From the NCBI GenBank assembly GCA_002245135.1, contig NGBS01000876.1:186001-250000 (forward strand): 64,000 nt of DNA. The letters are read 5' to 3'. This DNA comes from Proteromonas lacertae (lineage: Eukaryota). Below are positions 1 through 12,431 of this stretch, in pieces (position 1 is the stretch's first letter; every line of letters starts with the position of its first letter). The notes under the pieces are model-generated. The model worked only from the letters and a program-made list of their open reading frames with translations, searched no databases and was not told the origin of the DNA. Position numbers and translations under genes: made by a program.

Positions 1-313
1 GTAACAAAGATTTAATGTTTATTTTCTTTTTTTATTGTATAAATTGATTTGTATTATTGTTTATTGTTTGTTTGTTATATTCTTTATATTCAATATTTAA
101 AAAAAAGAAAAAGAAACGAGTAAATATTTTGAAATATAATCAAACAAGTTTGAAAATGTATTGTTTAAAATCTTTTGTAAATGATGTATTTACATGAATA
201 AATTTTGTAACAGTAAATATAAACTACTTAAAAATGATTACCGCTTGCTTATAAATTTTGTTCTATTTGTAGTTTTATTTTTATATTTAAAATTAAAGAA
301 TTCTTTAGATAAT

Positions 314-3300
314 TCATTTCTTTTCTTCTTCTGATATTCCATCTAATTTTATTGTCTGAACTGATGAAAATGTTTTTAGAAATGATTTTAACTCTGAATT
401 TATCTATATTTTCTTTTACTGTCATTGACAATTTAACATATCTATAAAATACTTCATTGTTTTCTTTCATCAATCTCAACCCTTCTTCATTTAATTCATT
501 TCCTGATATATCCACATAACTTAACCTTCCATACTTTTTTATACTTTTTATTAACATTTTTAATCCTTTCTCACTCATTCCAACATCTATTCATAACATA
601 ATATCATATTATATTCATAAAATACTTGAAAGATTTAGTGAATTATTATTAGCAAATTTATCAAAATATTTACATATTATCTCTATTCCTTCATCTCCAA
701 TTGGATTGCCATATATTGAAATATATTCTGCTGTTTTAGGCAAAAGACTCTATTAATTCTTTCAATCCTTTTGAAGTAATTTGATTATTGGATAAAAAAA
801 CTTTCCAATAATTAATCTTCTTTATTAATGGAATAAGAGAATCATTCAAATTCAAATCTATTTCATAACATATTTATATTATATACTTGATAAATCACAT
901 GAATATCCTTTCTTAACACAATAATTCAAATAATATTTCACTTCTTCATTTGTCCATGTTGAATTTTTCATTTCTATAAATGGATATTCTTCTTTTTTTA
1001 ATGATTTTGAACAAATTGATTTTAATGCTTTCATTTTGATATTACTTTCCTTTTAGATCTATTATTTTACATCTTTCTATTGAATCTAATGCATTTGTTA
1101 ATAATATCACACTCTTCATCATCAATTGAGATATTATTCAACTCAATGTTGTATATATAACAATCCATCCTTTAACATATTTAAATGGTTTAGTAATATC
1201 TTAAATCCATTATTACCAATTGGATTATCTAAAAATACACTATGAAAAAATACTATAAATTCTCATCTTATTAAAGCTTCTCTTATTTTTTATCAAATAT
1301 TCCATTCCTTCTGAATCAATATTATTATCATATTAAATAAAGTGTATCAAAATTCTTCTGGATATTCTTTAAACCATTAACCAAATATTTCAATCCAACT
1401 GAAGATAATCCCATTCCTATAACATAATAAATGATAATAGCTAATAGCTAGAACAATCAATATAATCTCTGCAATCACACCTACATATTAACAAATGTAT
1501 ATGTGGAGATAATATTCTCATTCCTTCATCTCCTATTTCATTTCCTTTTACACTAAGACGTGTAAGTCTTGTAAAAATAAAACATATTGTTCATTAATAC
1601 TTCCACACTTTTGTCTGTAAGTTTATTATCTAATCAATAGAAAAGCATCAAATTATACTATCCTAAATTTAGATAGTTGTATCTCTCTAAGTTCATTTAA
1701 TCTAAATGAAATGAATGATGAGAAAAAAATCATCATCAATATCTAAATCGCTAAGATGCAATCCATTACTATATCTGATGAATTTCATCAATTCAGGAAT
1801 GTCTTTATCTATCAGTAATTCTTTATTTCTTTTAATATCAAAATCAAAATCAACTTTTGAAATAGGAAATTTAGAGAATATGGCTTTCAATCCTTTTGAA
1901 TAAATTTTATTATTATTTCTAATATCTATTCTTTTAAGATTTGGATATTTATATAATTCTTTTGATAATAATATCATTGATTCATCATTCAATCTCATTT
2001 TAGAGAGGATTAATTCATTTTCTTTGCTGATTAATACATGCAAATATGGAATTAATAGTTTGAATCCCTTATTATCAATTAAATACTCTATTTCATAATA
2101 ATCAATAATAAAATAACTAATACGATTAAGACAAACTTGTTTTAATTTCATGAATAGAATTGATTTAACAAATGATTCAATAAAATCAGATGTTAGATTA
2201 TATCCAGATAAATCTATTTCTTGTAGGTTTGATAACTGTTTTAAATATGATATAAATGATGAATGATGTTGATTTGGAATATTAACACTATCTAATTAAA
2301 TATAAATTATAAAAATAATACAAAATATGAGTTTGGTTGGATTGATTAGTTTTATTATTCTGAAGAAATAATCTATTCCTTCTTTACAACAACAAATACT
2401 ATTTGATCCAACATTCATTCTTATTTCATCTCTTTCAATATAAATAGATAAATTTAATATCATTTCATCTAAATAGCAACTTTTGCCATCTTTGCACTTA
2501 TGATATACTTGTGGTATTATTATCTCTCTGATTCTTTCTTCAGATGATTTTGTTAATAATATTGATAGAATTTCATCATTACATTTAACATTATAAATTG
2601 ATAAAAGATATTTATGTATAACTATATATCAAAAATAATAATTAATATACTATCATCATTTCTATTGTAATATTTCTTTGGAAATAATATAGGAAAATGA
2701 AGCAATTTATTATCATCATTATATAACACTTCTTTTCTTTCATTATCCATCATTAATAAACTACTTTCATTTCTTCTAATTGTCTTTTTCAATAATAGAA
2801 CTTTCAATTCTTTTAAACTCATTCTATCTTCACTCTTCGCTTTCAACATTCTTTCTATCATCTCTTTCATTTTCTTGTTACTTTTTCTTTAAAACTGTAT
2901 TTACAACTCTCAATATTATTCATTGTTCTAATCATATTATAATCTTCATTAAATGGTAATTTCTTGTTTATTATCTCATATAAAATACATCCAATTGACC
3001 AAATCACACTTTTCTCATTACATTCTAATCCATTCAACTCTTCTGGACTTTTGAAACAAATATCATACAAACTCAAATCTTCTTCCTTTCTTAATACATT
3101 TAAGGTTTAAATCACACGTCTTTATATTGCACCATCATCTTCATATATCACATTAGAACTCTTCAAATTACTTATCACTAATCCATATTCATTGAATATC
3201 ATCAATATAATCACAAATTGATAGAATAATTTTACATTTATCATCACTAGAAATGGTTTTATTTTGAATTAACCCCTCCAAATCTCGCATATAATAATCT

Positions 3301-3598
3301 CTTTCTAAAATCATCATATTACACCCGATGATCTGTATTTCTGAAGGATAGGTACAAAATGAACAATAATCTAACAGAAAACAATTATTTTCACTAAATT
3401 TCAATATCTTCTTCTCTTTAATTCCATTGATATTCAACATTTTAACTACTCTGCAATTATTTTCATGTTTAATTACCAATTCTACTTCATTTTCATTCTT
3501 TTCTTTTCTTTCTTTGATCTATTACATATATAAATTAAGCATACTTCTAATTTCGGTAATTTATATTTCAATATATCTTCTATGTGATGATTTAACAT
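314..3598 (-). pseudogene. Pseudokinase + long ribonuclease-inhibitor-like LRR protein, multi-exon, with many frameshifts (pseudogene or poorly polished copy)
   Basis: Exon 1 MLNHHIEDILKYKLPKLE (ATG 3598), then a 26-nt intron. Kinase C-lobe KSPEEL...SVIWSIGCILYEI..KLPF without HRD/DFG. LRR units such as NLKRIDIRNNNKI, DLSGYNL, YVDISGNEL. Several 1-nt indels, e.g. near 3190, 2870 and 399. Confidence 0.75.
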
Positions 3599-3669
3599 TT
3601 CTGAAATTTGAGTCGTTTCAATTTTCTTTTTTCTCGCTATTTTGCCATTCATTTTACCATTCTAATTCA

Positions 3670-3880
3670 TTTCTATTCATGTTTTTCATGATACTTATAT
3701 TATTTTTATCTTGTACTACCACATCTTACAAAGTATCGCTTTTCTGATCTTTTTATTGTCTGAAAATGTAAGTTGCATAAAATAATTAAGTAGAAAATTG
3801 TCACAAGCAGCATAATATATTGTCTAGATGAAAATTTCAGCAAAATTGCTTTGTTTCAAAATATATAGTCGTTTTTCTCA
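3670..3880 (-). pseudogene. Decayed 5' fragment of another copy of the pseudokinase family
   Basis: Minus strand has ...TTACATTTTCAG followed by a broken DVVVQDKNNISIMKNMN, similar to VDLFVQHQNDIKIMKILN of the 23150 copy. Upstream sequence resembles 46021-46075. Confidence 0.45.
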
Positions 3881-4171
3881 AATAGAAAAAACATCTTTCT
3901 TACATTTAGTATATTCATAACTGTCTTCGTAACAACAACAGCTAATATTAAATAATTAGATTTAAAAAATGAATTATATAAATTACAAATATTTCAAAAA
4001 GAGTAAATAGATACACATCAAAACCAACTCATTTATCTACATAAAATGTGAAAAATACTAAAGAATTCTTGAATGTTAAATACTAATATTCTCTTTGTTG
4101 TAATTATTGATTTAATAAATCAAATAACATAAATTAATATATATTACAAAACATAACAATAAATAAATCAT

Positions 4172-6352
4172 TTAAGGGTCAATTAAAGGATAATCAACAA
4201 CAAAATGACTTTCTAAAACAAATTTCTCTTCAGCATATTTCTTATTCTCAATATATTTCTTATATTTATAGAATGCAAACACTACAATTACTAAAACTAA
4301 TAATGAAATACCAATAGATAGGAAAATTGTAATCATAATATTTGATATACCAGAAGGATAATGAGGATTAACTCCTATATATATAACAAACTGTTCCATT
4401 TGAATTATTTCATTTTCCTCATAATAAGTTATTTCTACAGTAATATTAGTAAATTCAGTACAAATAGAAACATCTAAATCTATACTATTCTCTTCAACAT
4501 ATCCACTTTCAAATGGATTTAATAGTTTTTTATATTTTATTGGTTTAATGCAATAATCAGTTGATGTCATATGTAAATAAACATCTTTATTACTGTTATG
4601 AATTTCAAATCCTTTCGGAATAGATAGAATATAATATAATTGTGAAAAATCATCAATGGGGTAAGGTGGAATAGTTGTAGTTACATATATTAATTTTGTA
4701 TTATTAATAACTATAATTTCATCATTTTCATCTTTTATATTACTTAGAAATACTAAATCTGCATTGGAAAATATCCTTTTTGGATCATTTATGTGATTAT
4801 TCAACAGAAATGGCATTTCTTCATAATATATTGTCTCATCATTTATATTGTTGCTTACATTGTAATTATCCATTAAAATATGAATATCATCTCTTATTTT
4901 ATTATATTCAATGATTGTAATATTCGATTTTGAATATATATACTTTTGATATGGTTTTGAGAAAATAAAACTATTAGAAACGGATATATTTCCAGATAAT
5001 AAATTCTCAATATCATTTAAGAAATATGGAACAGTTATATTCTTATTAATATCAAAAAATAAATATGAATTTGAAATAATAATTCTATTAGAAGCAATAG
5101 AACCAAATAGTCCAGATATATAAGGAATATTTCTATTATCATCAATCAAATGGACAATTATATAACTATTCTTTACTAAACACAAACCTACGTTTGACTC
5201 TGCAATTAGTCCTCCCATACTAATTCCTTTTCCTGGTGCTAATAGTGCAATTGTAATATAAACCCAACTTGATATAATAATAACATTATATTTACTCACA
5301 CTTATAAAACCACCAACTACACAATCTTTTCTTGAATATAATTTCACACTATTCTTAATAATTCCAATTGATTTTATAATAATTACATAATCATAACTTC
5401 TTTCAATATATAATGATAATGATAATGAATGTGGAGATGTTATAGTATTGAAATTTCTTAATATGACAATACAGTACGAAAACACTATTTTTTCTGTTGT
5501 TATACCAACCATAGCACCACCGTGTAAATTTCCATCACTATCCAATGAGTAGTTATTTCCTTTTATATATACACCAATAAAATATGTCAAAGTATCTGAA
5601 TCATAATCATCATTTTCATGGATCTTATTCTTTTTCCTATTTTTCTTCTTTGAACAATAATAATCATGATTTCTATATGTATTATTATATTTATTATATC
5701 TATTATTATATTTCCTATTGTAATTTTCACTTGTTCCACTCAATCCACAAATCAATCCAAATGATGCATTTGATGTATAATTATTAAACCCATATAACTG
5801 GATAACCATATTATTGAAGGTAATTCCTACATTCATCAATGTACTTTTATGTATTTTATTACATATTACTCCATTCAATGAAAATCCTTGTATGAGATAG
5901 GTTGGATCTTCAAATTTGATATGTACATCATATACATAACTTTCAATCACATCACCAAACAAGGACATAACTCTTAGACGAATATAATTCAGTATTAATA
6001 TCTTATAACCCAATATTTCGATGTTTAAATTATAAATCCTTTGTTGATATAAAGTACTAAATAATGTCAGATAATTTACTCTTGTATCATTATATTCGTT
6101 GTACAGCAAGAAAAGAGAGTGATTATTACCATTGAAAGCTTTAAAGAGGGGATATTGCACTTTCCACCCTGCCATATCCAATGAATAATCTTTTGTCATA
6201 TTAACAATTCCTTCGGATGTAACCATTATTCTAAATTCCTCATTTTCAGGTGAAGGATATGATAGGTACTCTCTATGTACTTGACGAAACAACGGATTAT
6301 GACAGAAAACTTCTCCAACCAACAGCGAAGTCAAGAATAAAATAGAATTCAT
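4172..6352 (-). CDS. Intronless type I membrane/surface protein with GLUG-like glycine repeats
   Basis: 726-aa ORF with N-terminal hydrophobic signal, repeats GLICG/GGAMVG/GGFIS/GGLIAES/SGLFGS, C-terminal TM helix followed by KYKK and a short tail ending DYPLIDP. Confidence 0.7.
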   Translation of the reverse strand: MNSILFLTSLLVGEVFCHNPLFRQVHREYLSYPSPENEEFRIMVTSEGIVNMTKDYSLDMAGWKVQYPLFKAFNGNNHSLFLLYNEYNDTRVNYLTLFSTLYQQRIYNLNIEILGYKILILNYIRLRVMSLFGDVIESYVYDVHIKFEDPTYLIQGFSLNGVICNKIHKSTLMNVGITFNNMVIQLYGFNNYTSNASFGLICGLSGTSENYNRKYNNRYNKYNNTYRNHDYYCSKKKNRKKNKIHENDDYDSDTLTYFIGVYIKGNNYSLDSDGNLHGGAMVGITTEKIVFSYCIVILRNFNTITSPHSLSLSLYIERSYDYVIIIKSIGIIKNSVKLYSRKDCVVGGFISVSKYNVIIISSWVYITIALLAPGKGISMGGLIAESNVGLCLVKNSYIIVHLIDDNRNIPYISGLFGSIASNRIIISNSYLFFDINKNITVPYFLNDIENLLSGNISVSNSFIFSKPYQKYIYSKSNITIIEYNKIRDDIHILMDNYNVSNNINDETIYYEEMPFLLNNHINDPKRIFSNADLVFLSNIKDENDEIIVINNTKLIYVTTTIPPYPIDDFSQLYYILSIPKGFEIHNSNKDVYLHMTSTDYCIKPIKYKKLLNPFESGYVEENSIDLDVSICTEFTNITVEITYYEENEIIQMEQFVIYIGVNPHYPSGISNIMITIFLSIGISLLVLVIVVFAFYKYKKYIENKKYAEEKFVLESHFVVDYPLIDP

Positions 6353-6507
6353 TTTAATTTATATGAAACGACTATGTTTTTTATAAATATTCACAATAAT
6401 AACTACATCCAATTAATGTTATTTTTCATATTATGGGAGAGTATTTGCACATCATATTCACATCTCAAATAAAATTCATTGAATTTTAATTAAATTGAAA
6501 TTATTAA

Positions 6508-8035
6508 TTAAATTTCTTCCCAACATCCAATAACACATATACTATCACCTTCATAATATGGTATAACAAATGGATATAAAGGTCCAGAGATATTCTTAAA
6601 ATACATTTCTTCCTTACCATCTTCATATAAAACACTTATTGTTTTACTCCTCATATTCACTATAATTTCATATTTATTCTTATTCTTCGATCTTCTGTTC
6701 ACTTTAGACATTTTCACTCCATTTCCTCCACATAAATAACCACCATTACTTCCATAAGCTATACAACAGCTACTCATTTCTTGATGTAAAGATTGATCAT
6801 CGTAATTACTCTTTTTAGTAAATCCAAATATAAATGTACCGTTATGACCTAAGATCATATATTTAATATGATAAATTCCTTTTTCAATTTGTAGATTTAA
6901 ATAACAATGATAGAAATTAGAATCTTTTATTTGTTTTACTGTTGTTCCATTATCTTGTATTTCTAAACTACTATCTTTACAATTTTCTATAAAGAAAACA
7001 TTTATATTTTTTGATTTCTCATTCATTTCTTCAGATTCTACTAATAAAGATGCTGATAGTTTTCTTGTTGGTGAATTTCTTAATAAGATTGAGTTTGTTG
7101 GTAATGGAGGTGGAATATTTATTTCAATATCTTCTCCTTCTTCTTCTTTTGGTCCTAATGGTAAATATTCTACAGATGTTATTGTTTCAATCTCAGAAAT
7201 TAGTCCTTCAATAGTCAAACGAGATGTTATATCAAACTGAAATATTTTTATCAATAAATTATTGAGAATATCAGCAAATTCAACTTCTAATGGATCATAT
7301 TTTACATCTTTAATATTATTCAATAATTCAATCAGATTATTGCCTTTGAATGGGTATTTTCCACTTATTATTTTGTATATTATCACACCAATTGACCATA
7401 TATCAGCTTCTTTAAATCCATATTCTTTATTCAATATTATTTCAGGACAATAAAAATAGGCAAATTTCATTGAAATTGTATTATCATTTTCTAGAAGTAT
7501 ATTTTCACTATAATCACATATATAATATTTGTTGGTTGGGTTATTTGATTCTGGCGTTGTATATGAATTTATATCTATTAGTATGTTTGATAATTTTAAA
7601 TTCCCATGTATGACATTATTAGAATGTAATTGTCTTATAATATTACAGATTGACATTATAATACTATAACTACCTATTTCTTTAAAATATTCTACTGTAT
7701 CTATCTCATCCAGCGAAATATCTAAATTTCTTCTTACTAAAATGAGATAGCTAGTATTCATATGTATCGATGTAAATGGAATTAAATTGGATATATTTAA
7801 ACTGCTTATCTTCTGTATAGTTTCAACAAACTTCAGTAGAGTAGATTCATCGTAATCTTTAGATAACACAATTTTTAACCTTTCAATTAAATTATTATTC
7901 TTGTTTTCAACAACAAAACTGTTAATATTGTGTTGAGATTGGTATTCTTTGACAATCTATTCTTAATAAACAAATTTATACTTCATATGAGTCATCTAAC
8001 TCAGATTTTACAACATTTGAAAATATAGATTCCAT
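6508..8035 (-). CDS. Pseudokinase-SPRY(B30.2-like) protein
   Basis: Exon 1 MESIFSNVVKSELDDSYE (ATG 8035), 25-nt intron, kinase with HGNLKLSN (HRD lost), CDYS (DFG lost), CPE, DIWSIG. C-terminal beta-rich SPRY-like domain ending FKNISGPLYPFV. Confidence 0.8.
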
Positions 8036-8402
8036 ATATAACAAGAAAATGAAAAATTAAAGTTGCTGGTTAATGAAAAGTTTTCATTACCCTAATTATT
8101 TTAATTTAAAAATAAACATGTGTATAGGTTATTTTCATCTGTATTTAATATAATAACAAAACAAAAAATAGCAAATTTTCATATCAAAGAAAAAGTGTAA
8201 TTGAAATGAGACTTACTCTCAAAGTAGAAAAATTAGTAAAAGACAAAGAATAATTGCTAACCTTTGATACATTCAAATGAGAAATAATTATTACTAATGT
8301 ATTCTACAAAAAATAATATAAAATAAAGTAGAAATATTGAATAGTGTTCCAAAGAATCATACTATCCGTTTCATTATTTTAAATATTTCGTTATTTTGAA
8401 TA

Positions 8403-9468
8403 ATGAAGATTCTACCAATGTATAATTAATATAATTATACTGATCTAGATTCATCCTATTAATATCTATATTCTGCACTTATAATGAGAAATTGAGATTC
8501 AGAAAAGATGGTACTTTCTTGATTTCACAAGTATATTATTATAATTTAGAGAATAGATTACTGATTTACATTATGGTGAAGAAGATACTACAGATATGTA
8601 TAATCAATTACTTCAATTGTCAATTCTCAAGTATGAAAATCCAGATTTCACAGCAGTTACAGGAGATTGTGTCTCAGGATGGATGTATGATGGACAAATC
8701 GGATGGTATAAGAAACAATGGGATCAATGGACAAAACCCTATCGAGATCTCAAAGTTCCATATGCTTTAGCTATGGGTAATCATGATGATCAAGCAGATG
8801 CTAACAGAAGTGAAATTCTTTCTTATGAATTAACTCATCCTTATTCAATGTCACAAATAGGTCCAAACGACATTACAGGAATAACCAATTATTATATTCC
8901 AATATACAATTCAAAATTAAGTGAAGAAATCGAATATATCTTATGGTTCTTCGATTCTATGGATCATAATTGTTATAGTGATAAAAGTTGGGGATGTGTT
9001 GGTAATGATACAGTTCAGTGGTATAAAGATGAAAGTGAAAGATTATTAAAGAAATATAAGAGAATTATTCCTGGTATTGCATTTGTACATATTCCTCCAC
9101 CTGAATATTTATACGCTACTTTTAACAACACAATTAATGGAACAAAAGAAGAAGATGTTTGTTGTCCTATCTATAATACTGGTTTGATTGGTGCTATGAT
9201 TGAAATGAAGAATGTTCAAGCAATGTTTGTTGGACATGATCATGATAATGATTATTCTGTTGATGTTGATAAAAAGATAAATTTATATTATGGAAGAAAA
9301 ACTGGATATGGATGTTACGGTCCAGTGTCTGTGCAACATGGAAGTAGAATCATTAGATTGAGTGAAAGAACTCACAGTTATGACACTTGGATTAGAAATG
9401 AAGATGGAACAAAGACTAATTATACTGATCCAAAAGAAGCACCAAAACAAGATACATGTGCTACATAA
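8403..9468 (+). CDS. Secreted calcineurin-like metallophosphoesterase, Dcr2/PAP14-type, copy 1 (2 introns)
   Basis: Signal peptide, LRFRKDGTF..SQ|ITDLHYGE, TGD, GNHD, HIP, GHDH, YGRKTGYG. Confidence 0.9.
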
Positions 9469-9613
9469 TATATATGTGTGTGAATTTAATTTGAATATAT
9501 TATACTTCAATTACTATGAAAGTACATTTTTTGTGTTTGTTTTTATCAAACTTTTTCATCTTTATTTTTCAATTTTCTAGTCAGTTTCATACATATTTCG
9601 GCATTAATTTAGA

Positions 9614-10919
9614 ATGACATTAGTATGGTGTATAGTATTGCTATTTACATGTTTAATATTCCTGTATTTTATTGTTTATTTGAATTTTATTAATTAGTTC
9701 ATACATGTGTCTATATACCACAGCATTAAAATATTCAATATGTAAAAACAATAAATGCAAAAGATTGAAATTTCATGATGATGGTACATTCAAAATCTCA
9801 CATGTATATATTTTGCATAATACTATTTAGCTTACAGATCTGCATTATGGAGAAAAAATAGAACTTGATAATAAAAACGATCAATTCATCACAAATCTCA
9901 TAAACTGGGAAAATCCAGACTTTGTAGCTGTGACAGGTGATGTAGTATCTGGTATAATTATATATTGTATTAACTGAATATAGGAATGGTATGGGATAAA
10001 GTGACAAGACCATTCCTTGAACCAAATTATAGAAAATTCTTAAATACAATGACAAATTCAAAGAAGTTATATGCTGTATCAATTGGTAATCATGATAGTG
10101 ATGGAGATTTAACGAAATTAGAAGTAATACAATTAGATATGACAAATCCTTATTCATTAACTAAAATAGGACCTAAAGATACAACTGGTATTACAAATAT
10201 ATCATTTTATTCACTTTTATATAATTAAATCATTGTTTTTTTTTAATTTTCTGTAATATTATATACCAATCTATAATTCAAAAGAAAGTGAAATTGAATA
10301 TATAATGTGGTTCTTTGGTGTTTCTGATAAAAATAGAACAATCAGTTGGTGGGAATGGATAGGTAATGATACAGTGAAATGGTATGAAAAAGAATCTAAA
10401 AAACTCAAACAAAAATATAATAGAATAATTCCTGGTGTTATATTTGTTCATGTTCCACCAGTTGAGTTTCTGACTACAGTTCATGTATATATATATATAT
10501 ATGATTATTATTGATAGAATAAGGAAATATATGGAATTCAAGGTGAAGATATATGTTGTCCTACACTTGATGCTCATTTATTAGATTCTGTTGTTAGACA
10601 GTATATAATATTTAACTATTAGTATAATTATTATTATAGAGATAATATTCAAGGTATATTTGTTGGTCATGATCATGATAATGACTTTTACTTGAAATAT
10701 AATGACAAAATTAGATTACATTATGATAGAAAGAGTGGGTATGGGTGTTATGGTCCAAAAAATATGAGTGTTGGTAGTACTACTATTATATTGAATAGTA
10801 AATTTCATAATTACACATTTTATGTTAGAGATGATAAAGGTGAGGTAATAACAAACTATAAACCTAGTATAGGTAGGAGAAGTCAGAAAGTATGTCCATT
10901 TCCATGGAAGAAAATTTAA
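9614..10919 (+). CDS. Dcr2/PAP-type metallophosphoesterase, copy 2 (about 6 introns, one AT-AA)
   Basis: LKFHDDGTFKISH|LTDLHYGE, TGD, GNHD, HVPP, GHDHDND across short introns. Confidence 0.85.
10199..10256 (+). other. Candidate U12-type AT-AA intron (58 nt)
   Basis: ATATCATTTT...TTTTTAATTTTCTGTAA. Exact removal gives GITN|YYIPIYNS, matching both paralogs. Confidence 0.7.
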
Positions 10920-11018
10920 AATAATATAATAGTCATTGTATTTAGTGTTTTTTATTTTTATTGGTGTGTCAAAAAATTAATACAATGTATTTTAGTATTT
11001 TAGTATTTTTTATAAATA

Positions 11019-12259
11019 ATGAAGTATTTAATCTTGTATCACTTTAAGAAATATATCACTAGTATAATATTTATCTCTTCAGTGCTGTGCGCATATAATG
11101 GAGTTTTGAGACTCAATCAAAACAAAGAATTCACAATATCACAAGTAATGTTATAAGTATATATACATTTAATTAGATTACTGATCTACATTATGGAGAA
11201 AGTGTTGAAAATGATACTCTTGCCTCTTCAATACAAAGAAAGATCTTCGAAATAGAACACCCTGATTTGGTAGTATTTACAGGAGATTGTGTATCAGGAA
11301 ATAAATGGAACAATGAAAGTGGATGGTATGAACAGCAATGGAATGAATATATAAAACCAGTGACAGAAATGAAAATACCATATGCACTAGTATTAGGAAA
11401 TCATGATGCAGATGCTGATTTGAATAGACAACAAGTAATGGAATTAGATATGAAAAATCCATATTCAATGAGCAAAATAGGTATAAAAGAGATAACTGGT
11501 GTTTCAAATTATTATATACCAATATACGACAATGTAGGTGATGAAATTGTGTTTATACTATGGTTCTTTGATAGTATGAGTAAAGAATGTTATATAAATG
11601 AAACATGGGGATGTGTAGGTGTAGATACAGGTATATAGATATAAATAATTATTACTATTATTATTATAGTGAATTGGTACAGATGTGAATCAGTCAATCT
11701 ATTTAATACATATCATAGAAACATTCCTGGTTTAGCATTCTTTCATATACCATTACCAGAATATATGGAAGCTGCAAATGTATAAATTGATTTATATATA
11801 TATATTTATGTATGTATGTATATATATAGATAAATGAGATTAATGGTGTTAAAGATGATCCAGTATTATGTCCAAGGTTAAACTCTGGTTTATTCGCAGC
11901 TATGATTGAACAGTATACTTATAATATGTTATGTATTATTTATAGAGAGAATATATTAGCTACATTTTGTGGGCATAGCCATATGAATGATTATAGTGTT
12001 AATTTTAATAACATTACTTTGTATTTTGGTAGAAAAACTGGTATTTCTCCGGAAATACTACAAAAGTATAAATAATCATGATATATTACATAGTTTTAAA
12101 CATGGAAGTAGAATTATAAAGTTAGATGGTAATAAGAAATCATATAGTAGTTATATAAGGAATGAAGATGGAGTAATTGAAAAATATGATTCTTCTCATA
12201 GAATAGATAATATTCAGTTGATATGTCAATTACATGCAAATGATACAGACATTTTCTAA
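11019..12259 (+). CDS. Dcr2/PAP-type metallophosphoesterase, copy 3 (about 6 introns)
   Basis: Signal peptide, SQ|ITDLHYGE, FTGD, GNHD, FHIPLPEY, GHSH, FGRKTG, HGSRII. Confidence 0.87.
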
Positions 12260-12378
12260 TATATTTTTATAATCTATGTTTGTAGTTATTCAATATTTCA
12301 CAAAATCAAGTAATAATAATCAACTCACATATAATTATTACATGAAAATTAAATGACAATTTCTTTTATTTAGATTGT

Positions 12379-12394
12379 GGTGCTTAAAAGCACC
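12379..12394 (-). promoter_or_regulatory. Histone mRNA 3' stem-loop (H2A)
   Basis: Minus strand GGTGCT-TTTA-AGCACC followed by ACAA. 6-bp stem and 4-nt U-rich loop, 37 nt after the H2A stop. Confidence 0.85.
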
Positions 12395-12431
12395 TGGTAT
12401 TCTAAAATGTTCTACATTTTCAGTTTCTCGT

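Noticed and set aside
2860..2880. AAA TGA as a Euplotes-like programmed +1 frameshift
   Set aside because: The required shift is -1 and the other frameshift sites share no motif. A missing A explains it.
12404..12420. Second hairpin AAAATGT-TCT-ACATTTT in the H2A 3' UTR
   Set aside because: AT-rich and weak, with no counterpart at H1. Likely chance.
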